Source of the DNA: Kiritimatiellia bacterium
Lineage (GTDB): Bacteria; Verrucomicrobiota; Kiritimatiellia; RFP12; UBA1067
Length of the DNA stretch: 64,000 nt
Direction: 5' to 3'
NCBI GenBank assembly: GCA_045595285.1
Contig: JAZOAC010000027.1
Location: forward strand, 601-64,600
Position numbers and translations under genes: made by a program. The notes under the pieces were generated by a model that saw only the letters and a program-made list of their open reading frames with translations, searched no databases and was not told the DNA's origin. How positions within the stretch are numbered: position 1 is the stretch's first letter; each line of letters opens with the position of its first letter. Positions 9,868 through 20,600 of the stretch are shown piece after piece.

Positions 9868-10158
9868 ATGATGTGTCCGGAAATCCACATAGATCCTCAC
9901 AGATTGATTCGCGATGAGCTGCCGAGGATCGACATATTCTCTGCCGAAGAAAAGGCACGGTTTGTTGAATGCCAGAATGTGTTTACGGAGCACATGAAGG
10001 AGATAGTGCCAGGAACAGGTGCGTACAGGCGCGAGCTTGAGCGGCTTGGAATCGACTTGAGCTGGAAATCTGCGCAGATCGAGGGAAACACCTATACGTT
10101 GATTGAGACGGAAACTCTGCTCAATTCTGATCGGCATTCCCTTGAAGATTGTCCATGA
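9868..10158 (+). pseudogene. Fic_N-like fragment (truncated Fic/Doc family gene remnant)
   Basis: The 96-aa ORF contains WKSAQIEGNTYTLIETETLL, matching the Fic N-terminal SSxIEGTxxTxxE block. No HPFx(D/E)GNGR Fic core follows in any frame. The ORF ends 186 bp before the converging regulator gene. Confidence 0.45.
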
Positions 10159-10344
10159 ACGTCTCTATAACGCCGCTTTGAGTGATTTGCTGTTGCGGCG
10201 GCGCGGATGTGTGGTACTATTGCCGCTGAGTTGGATTCTGCAGAAAACGGGAATGGCTCTCAAAATCGGCAAAAATAATCTAATAATGAAACTCTTTTCA
10301 TGGTTCTTCCCCGATTATTCCGGAACTGGCAAGGGTGGGGAATG

Positions 10345-11553
10345 TCATCGGGTGGTGTGCTTCGCGTCTTCTGTGCTGCGCTGCCTACGGTATTCGGACA
10401 TCGTAACGCCTGACATTTTCCGGAATAGGTTTTTCGGGCTGTTCTCGCTTTTGAATCCGCACATTGAGATTATGCGCGCGACAGGATAGGAAGTTGAGGA
10501 GAGAAGTCTCTTCATTTCCTGTATGCGCCTGCCGCGGATCGTCTGAAGTATGCTTTCTTTCCGTACCTGACGGAAGCGAAGGGACAGGAGACTGCGCGAT
10601 ACGCCGGCATGGGTCACAACATCGCTAACCGAAATTCCTCTGCAGGCGTTCCTGTCTATAAAGTCCACCGCACGCTGCACAAGAAAACCCGAAGGCGACA
10701 GGGGGCGTGTCGACCCCCGTTCTGATATGCCGCCAATCTTGCATGCCATGAACTTCGGGCGTGAGGGGGAATTTCGGTTCATGATCATCTCGAGCGTCCT
10801 TGCCGCAAGAAAGCCTTCACCCTCGAAATCCGGCTTTACGCTCGAAAGCGGCGGGGAGACGAGATTGCACATGAGTTCGTCGTCATCAACGCCGAGTATT
10901 GATATCTGGTCGGGTATTGAGATCTTGCATCCGCCGCAAGCCATTGCCGCCCTGACAGCACAGGCGTCATATGCGCAGAACAACGCGGCCGGCTTAGGAA
11001 GGGACGTCAGCCAGGCTGCAAGCTTTGCGTTGTAACTGTTTTCATCAGCGGATTTGCACTCGAAAAAGATACAGGTGCGTCCCATGTGCTTGAGCTCTTC
11101 GCGAAAGGCCTTCCCCCTTGCGATGCTCCAGTGCGGGCTGTTCTCCTGCGGCAGAAAGGCGAAACTGGAGAAGTTTCCAAGCGATGCGAGATGCCTGGCT
11201 GCGGATATGCCTATGTTTCGGTTGTCCACGCGAATGTATGTCCGTGGAGCCGTTTTGTTCGGAGCGGATCTTTGGGGCTCTGAATCCATAAAAACCGCCG
11301 GAAGGTCGAAGGACAGGAGCGCATTCTGGATTGAAATGTCGGAATTGCCTGCGTTGACGTTTGCCAGGAGACCATCGAAGCTGTTGATGTCCAGATGCTT
11401 CAGCAGTTCTGCCGTATGCTCCTTGTAGCACTGAATCAGTCGGATGCTCCAGAGGTGTGACGTTCCGATGAAACGAAGTATGCCGGACAACTGCTGGCGT
11501 CCTGATAAATCATTCATCTCAAGCACGATAAGAACTTTCTTCGGTGACTTCAT
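10345..11553 (-). CDS. XylR-like transcriptional regulator (periplasmic-binding-protein-like sugar-binding domain + C-terminal AraC-type HTH)
   Basis: The C-terminal 100 aa (ISVSDVVTHAGVSRSLLSLRFRQVRKESILQTIRGRRIQEMKRLLSSTSYPVARIISMCGFKSENSPKNLFRKMSGVTMSEYRR) form an AraC HTH. The N-terminal 280 aa have a LacI/PBP-type fold (ISILGVDDDE), as in XylR. The gene is divergent from the acyltransferase-3 gene. Confidence 0.8.
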   Translation of the reverse strand: MKSPKKVLIVLEMNDLSGRQQLSGILRFIGTSHLWSIRLIQCYKEHTAELLKHLDINSFDGLLANVNAGNSDISIQNALLSFDLPAVFMDSEPQRSAPNKTAPRTYIRVDNRNIGISAARHLASLGNFSSFAFLPQENSPHWSIARGKAFREELKHMGRTCIFFECKSADENSYNAKLAAWLTSLPKPAALFCAYDACAVRAAMACGGCKISIPDQISILGVDDDELMCNLVSPPLSSVKPDFEGEGFLAARTLEMIMNRNSPSRPKFMACKIGGISERGSTRPLSPSGFLVQRAVDFIDRNACRGISVSDVVTHAGVSRSLLSLRFRQVRKESILQTIRGRRIQEMKRLLSSTSYPVARIISMCGFKSENSPKNLFRKMSGVTMSEYRRQRSTEDAKHTTR

Positions 11554-11623
11554 GCGTCTATTGTACCATGAGGTGTGTTTTTTGTGTTGTCAGAACCGAT
11601 ATATTTCTTTTGTCGATTTGAAT

Positions 11624-12829
11624 ATGAGCGGGTCATTGAAAAATGATACTATATGTGACATGAAAAACGTTAAGACCAGGTATGATATTCTTGATGGACT
11701 TCGCGGAGTGGCGGCGATTCTCGTCGTCGTCTCCCATGTGTGCGAATGCTATATGCCATCGTCGCGGATGTGGCCGCAGTGGGTGGGGCATGCACACCTT
11801 GCCGTGGATTTCTTTTTCGCCCTTTCGGGTTTTGTGATAGCGTACGCCTATGATGACAGATGGGGGAAGATGTCGTACTGGGATTTTGCCGGGCGGCGGC
11901 TTTTGCGTCTGCATCCGCTTGTAGTGCTCGGATGTGTTCTCGGATTTGCCGTTTATCTCATATATGGAAAGTGGGTGGATCCGAACATGGCGCGGCTCCC
12001 CTTGTGGATGGCGGGACTGCTTTTCGCGATGACGTGCTTTATGCTACCAGTGCCGCGCGTTGTCGGCGGCGTTGCCGTATTCAATATGAATCCGTTCAAC
12101 GGACCCAACTGGTCACTCACATACGAGTATGTCGCAAATATTCTCTACGCGCTTGTCTTTAGGCGTCTCGGGAAGCGAATGCTGGCTCTTCTCATGATCA
12201 TTGCTGGCGTTCTCAGTGTATGCTTTGTGATGAAGTTCGACATATGGGGCAATCTTGCAGGGCGCGCCCGGTATTCGCTGACTGCGGGCTTCGGCCTTAC
12301 GTGGAGTGCCGGCGGCGTGTACGGCGGATTGATCAGGCTTCTCTTTCCGTTTCTGATGGGCATGTTCATCGCCCGCAGCAGAAAGTTCCTCCGTCTGCCT
12401 CATGCGTTTTGGCTTTGTTCCGCTGCTCTTGTCGCCGTCATCATGGTTCCCCGTACCGGAATGTTCGCCAAAGGCGATGGCTGGACATATCAGATGGCGG
12501 ATCCTCTGAATGGGATTTTCGAGCTGTTCTGCCTGTTTGTGGCGTTTCCTCTCATTCTTTGCGTCGGCGCTGGCGGCGAGGTGAAAAACGCAACGTCGGT
12601 GAGGCTGTGCAGGTTTCTCGGCGCAATTTCCTATCCGCTCTACATGGTGCATTATCCGTTCATCCACATCTACCATGCATGGGCGGTCGACAACGCGCTG
12701 GCGTATCCGTTGAGCGTACATGTAGCCATTGCCGCAGGTTTTACATTGGGATCGATCTTCCTTGCCTGGCTTACGCTTAAACTGTACGATGAACCGGTTC
12801 GTCGCTGGTTGAGCGGAAGAAAACCGTGA
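11624..12829 (+). CDS. Acyltransferase family 3 (OafA/YrhL-like) integral membrane O-acyltransferase
   Basis: The N-terminus RYDILDGLRGVAAILVVVSHV is the AT3 hallmark. About 10 TM helices are predicted. The start is set at the ATG at 11624, inside the longer annotated ORF that would otherwise overlap the regulator. Confidence 0.8.
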   Translation: MSGSLKNDTICDMKNVKTRYDILDGLRGVAAILVVVSHVCECYMPSSRMWPQWVGHAHLAVDFFFALSGFVIAYAYDDRWGKMSYWDFAGRRLLRLHPLVVLGCVLGFAVYLIYGKWVDPNMARLPLWMAGLLFAMTCFMLPVPRVVGGVAVFNMNPFNGPNWSLTYEYVANILYALVFRRLGKRMLALLMIIAGVLSVCFVMKFDIWGNLAGRARYSLTAGFGLTWSAGGVYGGLIRLLFPFLMGMFIARSRKFLRLPHAFWLCSAALVAVIMVPRTGMFAKGDGWTYQMADPLNGIFELFCLFVAFPLILCVGAGGEVKNATSVRLCRFLGAISYPLYMVHYPFIHIYHAWAVDNALAYPLSVHVAIAAGFTLGSIFLAWLTLKLYDEPVRRWLSGRKP

Positions 12830-12861
12830 ATCACCAATTTCATAAGCGGGGTGAATATAAC

Positions 12862-14787
12862 ATGAAGAAGATATTGTATTTAACGGGCTTTGCGGTCTTT
12901 GCGGTCGCTTCGTACCATGTAGTCTTGAAGTTTGAGCCGGTAAAGCCGCCGCCGCGGCAGATCGCACCGGATGACGGTGTGGTTCCGCGCTGGGAAAAGC
13001 CTAAGACCACGCGTCGCTATCTGCACGGACCTCTCTCCGAACGTCTGCTTACCTTCTGGCGCGAGGGTAAGCTCGTGTTCGCTGAGAATGAACACAATGC
13101 AGACTGGCACCTTCCATATTCGAAGCAGTCTGCACATGCGGCATGGCTTGTGCGCGGGGATGGAACGCCGTTCGACTTCAAGTCCGCGGAATTGAACGTC
13201 ACCGCCGACGGGGCGCCGGACCATTCGCAGTCATGGTCGGATGACGGTGTACGTGTCGGTCTTTCGGCGTGTTCCCCGTTCGGGAGGAAACCTTCGATAT
13301 TCGCAAGGGCATCGTTTGCGAATGAAAGCGGGGCCCCGGTCGAGCGAGAGTTTCTCGTGCTGTTGAGATGTGCGCCGGAGATGATGCTCGTCCATTCGGG
13401 CCCGGATGTATATTCGTTCTACAGGGCCGACGTGGATAAGTGGATGAAAATAACGGCGGCGGACTGGAGCCGAAGAGGAGATGCGTTCCGGAGCGGAGAC
13501 AGGTTCGTGTCGTTCGGCGGAAAGAGCGTTGCCGGGTTTTCATGGGATGCCGAAAAGGGAGGCGTCAGGTTCTCCGTACAGCTCAAGCCCGGCGAGAATA
13601 AGACCGTGGATTTCATCCTTGGCCGGGGCGAAGAGCCGTCCATCGGCTATGACGCGGCGCGTTCGTCGATGAAGGCATCGTGGAAATCCGAGCTCTCCCG
13701 ACTTGTTCTGCCGGAGACGGCCCGCCGCGACCGGGAACGCAGAAAACTCGTGCGGCATCTTGCGGTGCAGATGCTTCAGTGCATCGCTATGCCTGCGAAC
13801 GGCGCGAACCATGTGCTTCCGCGTCAGGGCGGACTTCAGCGTCTGGTGTGGCCCGGAGAGTCCATCCATGTGGTGACAGCGCTCAATCTCATCGGACTTT
13901 CCAACTATGCAGACGAGATATGCGACTTCTACATGACGCATTGCGTAAAGAAAAACGGCGAGGCGGGTTCTTTCCGCAACAACTGGGCGGGAGATACGGC
14001 CTATGTTCTGAGGATATTCGCGCAGCACTGTGTCGCAACTCGCAACACCGCGATGTGGAGGATGCATTCTGAAAAGGCCGCGAAATCCTTTGCATGGATC
14101 AGGGCGAAACGCACGGCGGACGGACTCTTCCCCGCGATGAAGTCTACGGATTCCCATTCCGGACTCCAGCATTGGGGGCATACGGACCTTGTTAACATGG
14201 AGGCGCTCGAATGGTATGCAAAGGCCTGCGAGATGTTCGCGGAGACGAATGCCGCAGAGGTTCGCGCCGAATGGAAGGATTACCGCGCAGCAATGGTGAA
14301 GATACTTGACGGCTGGAGAGAGAAGTCGAAGGGTAAGGACGAATTGTTCCTTCCGATCACCGCAACCGGCGAAAGCGAAGAGGACCTCGTGAACCAGGGG
14401 TTCTTCTACTTGCACCCGGCGGGGTTTGCGGAAAGCGGACTTCTTACGACGGACGAGCTTCTGCGTCTGCGCAAGAACATTCTGCGCCGCGGCTTTGCGA
14501 ACGAAAACGGTTTGTACATGCGCCACCCGTCGCCGGTGCCGGAGTTCAACAGGCACATCTGGTACACCACCTGGAGCGAAAAGCAGTGGATGGCGGCATG
14601 GATGCGCGCAGGGAAGTTCGATCTCGCGGAACAGGCGCTGGAGGCTACGCTCAAATATTCCGTTTCGGATGAGTATATCGTCGGTGAACGCTATCACGAC
14701 ACGAATCCGTGGTATTTCCCGTGGAGTCCGAACGCCTCCGGCTCAGGACGCATCGTACAGATGCTTTTCGATTGTGTTGAACGCTAG
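12862..14787 (+). CDS. Membrane-anchored/secreted hypothetical protein, possibly an (alpha/alpha)6-barrel glycosidase-like enzyme
   Basis: The start MKKILYLTGFAVFAVASYHV is a signal anchor. The ~640-aa protein is Trp-rich in its C-terminal half (WYAKACEMF, WYTTWSEKQWMAAWMRAG), suggesting a six-hairpin glycosidase fold. No confident family assignment was made. Confidence 0.4.
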   Translation: MKKILYLTGFAVFAVASYHVVLKFEPVKPPPRQIAPDDGVVPRWEKPKTTRRYLHGPLSERLLTFWREGKLVFAENEHNADWHLPYSKQSAHAAWLVRGDGTPFDFKSAELNVTADGAPDHSQSWSDDGVRVGLSACSPFGRKPSIFARASFANESGAPVEREFLVLLRCAPEMMLVHSGPDVYSFYRADVDKWMKITAADWSRRGDAFRSGDRFVSFGGKSVAGFSWDAEKGGVRFSVQLKPGENKTVDFILGRGEEPSIGYDAARSSMKASWKSELSRLVLPETARRDRERRKLVRHLAVQMLQCIAMPANGANHVLPRQGGLQRLVWPGESIHVVTALNLIGLSNYADEICDFYMTHCVKKNGEAGSFRNNWAGDTAYVLRIFAQHCVATRNTAMWRMHSEKAAKSFAWIRAKRTADGLFPAMKSTDSHSGLQHWGHTDLVNMEALEWYAKACEMFAETNAAEVRAEWKDYRAAMVKILDGWREKSKGKDELFLPITATGESEEDLVNQGFFYLHPAGFAESGLLTTDELLRLRKNILRRGFANENGLYMRHPSPVPEFNRHIWYTTWSEKQWMAAWMRAGKFDLAEQALEATLKYSVSDEYIVGERYHDTNPWYFPWSPNASGSGRIVQMLFDCVER

Positions 14788-14805
14788 AAGAAAGAGGATT
14801 AAAAC

Positions 14806-17637
14806 ATGAAAGTGAAGTATTTTATTCTGTTGGGTTTCATTGGCATCAGCATTGCCGTAACTGCTTCCGAAATCGAGTATTTTGCCGATGCACAGAACGG
14901 CAATGACGAATGGGATGGTTTGAGCGAGACGTTTGTTTCGGGGAATACAGGCCCTAAGAAAACGGTCGGCGCGGCCGTAGAGCTCGCGAATGCGGACGGT
15001 GTACCGTCCATCGTTACTCTTCTTCCCGGAACTTATGACAGGGGCGAGTATTTTGCGGGCGGCATGACCAACAGAATAGTCATTACTCAGCCTCATCTGA
15101 AGATACGCTCGAAGGAAGGAAAGAATACCGTATTTCTTTCGGGCAATCATGATCAGACTGATGCGCATGGTCTCGGTCCGTCGGCGGTTCGCGTGGCGTA
15201 TATCGCGGAAGATTTAATGGGAATGGGGAATAGTGATGCTGATATTCAGGCCACGAATGTCGTGTTCGAAGGGGTTACCATATGCAACGGTGCCACATTA
15301 AAAAGCGATGGCGGTTCGTTAAACGCTTCAGCCTGTGGCGACGGCGGCGGAGTCTACTGCAGAACACCGGAAGGCGGCGGAGCTTCACTCCTGATTGATT
15401 GCGTTGTGTCCAACTGCTCGGCTTTTGCAAGAGGAGGCGCTCTTTTCAGACAGAATGCGTACCGTACTCTTTTTGTCGACAACTATGCAGGCACAGGCGG
15501 TTCGGCAATGGCTTTCGGTTCAATGGCGTTTTGCGTCGTGGCGGACAACCGTGGAGAATCGACAACATACAATATGAGAAGGGCGGTGAACTGTACTTTT
15601 GCCAATAATGAAAAATATGCGTTCATGGGCGGATATGAGATGTATGTGTTTAACTGCCTATCATTCGGCAACGGCAATAACGGTAGCAGTCCAAGCGGCA
15701 ATGCGCATGTGTACTATTATGACTCTGTTTGCGCTTCTCCGATGAGACTGTTGGACGGACAAGACAAGAGCAGTCTTGTTTCTGATGCGGATCCTTCGTG
15801 GTTCGCGCATTCGCCAGACTTCGGATGGCAGAATCTGGTAGGAAGCCCGGCGATCGGAAAAGGACAGGGATATCGCATTCCCGAGAAGGCCCTTCGTCTT
15901 CCGCCTGGGTATGTTTATTGCGATTTCACCGGAGATCCCGTCGTGACATCCGGCAGGGTCGATTGCGGCGCAGTGCAGTCCGATCCGCTGATGAGGTGCG
16001 TGATAGAAGGTGCGGGCGGCGGAGTTTCCGTCGAAGGGGCGAATGTCGGCACGAACATTTTTGCGGATGCGACCGAAATTACGGTTGTCGCCACATCCGC
16101 CAGAACAAGACCGTTCGTTGGTTTTGAAGTGAATGGAGTGCAACATCCCGCTGTGTCCGACAGGTATACGCTTCAAATCTCAGATAGTTCGGCGACGATC
16201 CGCGCAATCTATGGGAAGACATGGTATGTGGATGCTGAAAACGGTTCGGATTTCAATTTTGGTGGATCTGCGGACAATGCACTGAAGACTATTCGTGCTG
16301 CAACCACGAATTCGATTGCTGGGGACGTGGTGCTGGTGGCGGCAGGAATCTATGGAGAGTCAGAAGGGATTCAGTTCCACACGAAACCTATCGATGACGT
16401 CAAGACGAGCCCGATAAATGTCGGGTCGCGTGTGCTGGTGCCCTATAACGTGACAGTAAGGTCGTTGAAGGGTCCGGAGAATACGATCATAACCGGACGT
16501 GCGGCGACATCGGATGCCGATGCATACGGCAATGGTCCGGATGCAGTGCGTTGCGCGATGCTTGAAGGGTCGGGCTCCGTTCTTGACGGTTTTACCCTTA
16601 CCGGCGGACATACCTCAACGGGTTCGGAAGCCAGGGACGACAATGACGGTGGGGCCATAATTGCGCGTACTGGCGCAGTCGCGAAGAACTGCATCATCAC
16701 AAACAACTTTGCCGCCCGCAGCGGCGCCGCGCTGAAAACGACGTTGATCGATTGCAGGATATTGAACAATACAGCAACGGTCAGAGCTTCTGTCGGGCGC
16801 GAGTGCGGATTCTACAGATGCATCATCGACGGAAACGTGGGAGGCGAGCAGGCGATGCAGTATTTCTATGATGTCGATTCCTGTACCATCGGCAAGGATA
16901 ATCTTGATCTGAATGGAGGCAAAGGCGCAATACTCGGCTATTATGCGAGCCAGAACTCCAAGATAGCGAATTCGGTCATTTTAGGTTCTTGGCTATCTAA
17001 GGAACCTCATTGTACGATTCGGAATTGTGTGTTCGTCTCAAAACCCGCGAACGTTTTGCAGGAACATATTGCTGATTGTATCGTGACAAATCTGGATTCT
17101 TTGGCTTTTGATTCCGAATACCATCCCGTGATCGGCGCAAATGTCGCGATTGACATTGGCGATGTTTCGATTGTTTCATATCGGATTGATGACGCAAAGG
17201 ATCTGCTTGGCTGTCAGCGCATCATGAACGGCCGCATGGATGCCGGCGCGGTTGAAGCCGATTGGCGTCCCTTGTATGCAAAATACCTTGGCGGGAGAAG
17301 ACTTGTCGTGACTGCTGTCTCTCCTGAGGTGCGCGCAACCGCCGCCAATCAGGTTTACATACCTGTTGGGTCAGTGGATTGTGTATTGCCTCTTGCGGAT
17401 ATGCGCAACAGTTGGTTCTATGTTGATTTTGACGTGATAGGCACCGGAGCACTGAACATCCATGTGGATGGTGTTTTGGCAGGCTCATATTCGTCAGGAA
17501 GGCGGCAGGTGAGATTTTCAGCCGGATCCGGCAGAGTCTCTGTCAGAATGGAATATGTTCCTGGCATGGATGACGAAGGCGGTGTTGTGATATATGCCGT
17601 TCGCGAGGTTGTCGGAACGGTCATTCTGTTCAGGTGA
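14806..17637 (+). CDS. Secreted right-handed parallel beta-helix repeat protein
   Basis: Signal peptide MKVKYFILLGFIGISIAVTAS is present. There are recurring beta-helix rungs (DCVVSNCSAFARGGALF, NCIITNNFAARSGAAL, GFTLTGGHTSTGSEARDDNDGGAII), as in pectate-lyase/Pmp-type proteins. Confidence 0.6.
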   Translation: MKVKYFILLGFIGISIAVTASEIEYFADAQNGNDEWDGLSETFVSGNTGPKKTVGAAVELANADGVPSIVTLLPGTYDRGEYFAGGMTNRIVITQPHLKIRSKEGKNTVFLSGNHDQTDAHGLGPSAVRVAYIAEDLMGMGNSDADIQATNVVFEGVTICNGATLKSDGGSLNASACGDGGGVYCRTPEGGGASLLIDCVVSNCSAFARGGALFRQNAYRTLFVDNYAGTGGSAMAFGSMAFCVVADNRGESTTYNMRRAVNCTFANNEKYAFMGGYEMYVFNCLSFGNGNNGSSPSGNAHVYYYDSVCASPMRLLDGQDKSSLVSDADPSWFAHSPDFGWQNLVGSPAIGKGQGYRIPEKALRLPPGYVYCDFTGDPVVTSGRVDCGAVQSDPLMRCVIEGAGGGVSVEGANVGTNIFADATEITVVATSARTRPFVGFEVNGVQHPAVSDRYTLQISDSSATIRAIYGKTWYVDAENGSDFNFGGSADNALKTIRAATTNSIAGDVVLVAAGIYGESEGIQFHTKPIDDVKTSPINVGSRVLVPYNVTVRSLKGPENTIITGRAATSDADAYGNGPDAVRCAMLEGSGSVLDGFTLTGGHTSTGSEARDDNDGGAIIARTGAVAKNCIITNNFAARSGAALKTTLIDCRILNNTATVRASVGRECGFYRCIIDGNVGGEQAMQYFYDVDSCTIGKDNLDLNGGKGAILGYYASQNSKIANSVILGSWLSKEPHCTIRNCVFVSKPANVLQEHIADCIVTNLDSLAFDSEYHPVIGANVAIDIGDVSIVSYRIDDAKDLLGCQRIMNGRMDAGAVEADWRPLYAKYLGGRRLVVTAVSPEVRATAANQVYIPVGSVDCVLPLADMRNSWFYVDFDVIGTGALNIHVDGVLAGSYSSGRRQVRFSAGSGRVSVRMEYVPGMDDEGGVVIYAVREVVGTVILFR

Positions 17638-17677
17638 TGGAAGAGTTGCCGAAAAGTAACAAGGAAGGACCCATTCA

Positions 17678-20600
17678 ATGGAGATGAAGAATTGTTTTTG
17701 TCTGGCGGCGTCAGTTTTCTTTATGTTGCCGCTGCTTGCGAACGAGACGCAGTTGGTGCTCAACGGAGGGTTTGAATCCTCCATGAAAGGCAAGGGGTGG
17801 CATCTGCCTGTAAAATGGAGAGTGGCAGATGGAATAGGACGTAAAGAGTCCTGCGCGCTGGTCTGGGAGAACGACAGCCCCGAAACGTTCAGTTTCCCGA
17901 AACAGAACATTCCGATTGGCCCTGGCACACGGTATACGTTCGGCGGGTGGGTGAAGGTGGTGAAGGGCAAGCCCAAACCTCAGGTGTGCCTAGGATGGTG
18001 CGATGCTTCCAACAAATGGATATCATGCGCATATGCTACCCCGGTCGCCGACAATGACGCCAGCACTGACGGGTGGACACGTTATGAAGGCAGAACTCAG
18101 CCAATGCCGTCCAACGCCGCGATAGGGATGCTTCACTGCCATATGCTGCGAGGTGAGACAGGGCAGGTGCTTTTTGACGATTTCTCGTTAATGGAGGAAG
18201 GCACGGAGACGATTGCATATCTTGCATGTTCCGCAGTGAAAAACTCATTTACGCCTGCAGACGGAGCGATCCGCTTTGTGGCTTCTCTTCAGGTGAATAC
18301 CGTGAAACATCCTATGGATGGTCTGAAGGCGGAGTTTGTCCATAAGAACGCATTCGGCGAAACGGTGCGATGCCCTGTGGACAAGTTTACGTCCGATCTG
18401 GCGGAGATCGTCCGCGATGCTTCGGAGTTTTCAATGGGCACACAGCATGTGGCTGTCTGCATCAGTGAGCGTACGACGGGAAAGGTGATTGCCGAGAAGA
18501 TTCGGCGCATCGTCAATACGGAACGTCCTGTGCCCAGGCGTGTTACGTTCGATAAATTCGGGCGCACAATTCTGGACGGCAGACCGTTTTTCCCGCTAGG
18601 ATGCTTTACCGGTCGACTCTCCGACGATGATATTGTGCAGTATAAGAAGGGACCTTTCAACTTTTTCATGCCGTATAACACGGTCTCTGAGGATGAGTTG
18701 GATCGATATCATAATGCGGGGCTGATGGTTGTTCCGTGCGTGATGCACAAGGTTCACGGATTGCGCTATTCGGTGGTGAGTGCACACAAGACTGAGGCAG
18801 AGAGTCACGCATGGTTCCGTAAATACGTCTCAGAAGTGGGTAAGCATCCAGCGCTTCTCGCATGGTTCCTTGTTGATGAGGTGCCTCTTGCGTTCGTTCC
18901 TAATGTCGCGGGCGTAAACGATCTCCTTGCGGAGATCGATCCTGATCATCCCACATGGGCCGTAACAGACAAGCCCAATCATGTGCGTGCTCTCCTTCCC
19001 TGTTTTGATGTTGTCGGGATGGATCCGTATCCGATAGGGAACAGGGGGAGGAGCATGGAGGTTTCGGTGTGCTCAGGCTGGGCGCAGAAGGCGAAAGAGG
19101 GGATGTTCGGCTTGCGTCCAATGTGGCATGTGCCGCAGGCGTTCAATTGGGGCTGGTACCGGAAGGAGGATGTCGGCAGGGAGGACGTGCGTATGCCCAC
19201 ACGGCAGGAGATAGCCAATATGTCATGGCAGGGTGTCGCGGCGGGTGCGAACGGACTATGCTTGTACTCCTTCGGCATCATCAGAAAAAAACTTCAGGGA
19301 AAGGAATTTGATGCGGCTTGGGGCAATGTGTGTGATGTGGCGAAGGAAGTAAAAAAGATGGAATCCGTTCTCCTGTCCGCTGACAGTCAAATCGCCGTTG
19401 AAAATCCGGATAAGGAAAGACTCGTCGTACGCACCTGGCGACATGAACGCCGCGATTGGGTACTGGTCGTCAATCGCACGAGGGAACCGGTGAAAACGTA
19501 TCTTTCTTTGCCTCGTGAATTTGCCTCACTTGAAATATCGGCGGGAGAAGGTGTCTCTTTGGACGGCAAAACGCTGAAAGTGGACTTTGACGGTTTCGGG
19601 TATGCGTTTGTATCTTTGACGTCTGGCGAGGTCTCGTCATTGTTGCGGAAACAGCGTTTTGCGGAACGCTTCGATTCGCTGATTGCGATAGGTGCGCCGT
19701 CCAACCGCATTTCGGCGGCGGACTGCGGGCTGGTCAATGGCTATGTCACATTCAACGGTTGGATTGAGGACGTTGCGGAACTGCGCGGATTCTTCTCTCC
19801 TCCGTACTATTCCGCACGGTTCAACATGTCGGTGCGTTTCAATGGTGAAAAGGTCAAAGCTTCGTCGCATCTGTGGCGTCCGGAGGTGCTGACGCGCACC
19901 GGTGCCGCTGGCGCGTGGAAGATCGAAAGCCTCCTCTATCCTGTTGCCGGAGAGAGGGCGGGAATAATGAGGGTTGAAGTCGAGAACGCATCTTCGTCCG
20001 AGCAGGATCTTCATGCCGAGTTCTGCGTCACGGGCGGTGTGAACATTCTGGAGAAGTGGGGGTTTGTGAAACCATATCACCAGAAGCCGGTCGAACCGCG
20101 ATTAAAGGATGGCTCCATAATCTTGGAGGGAGAGGTCGATGATGTGCAGCTTGCGGTCGCGTTGCCGGATGGAAGCAAAACGTATCGTCTGCGCAACGTG
20201 AAGTCGGGCGAACGGAAAGTCTTCTATGTGAGTCTGGCGATTGGACGGAAGGGGGAGGCGCTGAAGTGCGCGAAGCGGTTGCTCTCAGATCCATCTTCTG
20301 AGATCGAGCGTTCAGTCTCTGATTGGCGACGGCGCGTGCGCGGACTTTGCGAACGAATGCCTGCGCTTGAGACGGACTGTGTGGAACTTGAACAGCTTTA
20401 TTGCCGTTCGCTTCTGCATCTTTTGCTGAACGAATGGAGCGTTCCGGAGTTCAAGTTGCGTCCGTACTATGCTACTGGCGGAATGAACGGTGGTTGTGTA
20501 TGCAACTACCTTTGGAACTACGGTGAGATATACCGTCTTTGGCCGATGCTGAACCCAACGGCGGCAAAGGCGCATATCCGTGCGTTTCTTTGTCTTGATC

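Noticed and set aside
10103-10489. 128-aa ORF downstream of the Fic_N fragment as a frameshifted Fic core
   Set aside because: No HPFx(D/E)GNGR motif is visible in this or the other frames. The FFPDYSGTGKG segment is only a vague resemblance. Left unannotated.
11444-11623. Upstream extension of the acyltransferase-3 ORF to 11444, overlapping the XylR gene N-terminus
   Set aside because: The extension would overlap the divergent regulator by 110 bp, and the encoded 60 aa are Cys/Phe-rich junk. The ATG at 11624 gives a canonical AT3 N-terminus (RYDILDGLRG).
13540-14697. 385-aa minus-strand ORF antisense to the 12862..14787 gene
   Set aside because: Shadow ORF with Arg/His-rich composition and no motifs. 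The + strand gene has a signal anchor and an RBS.
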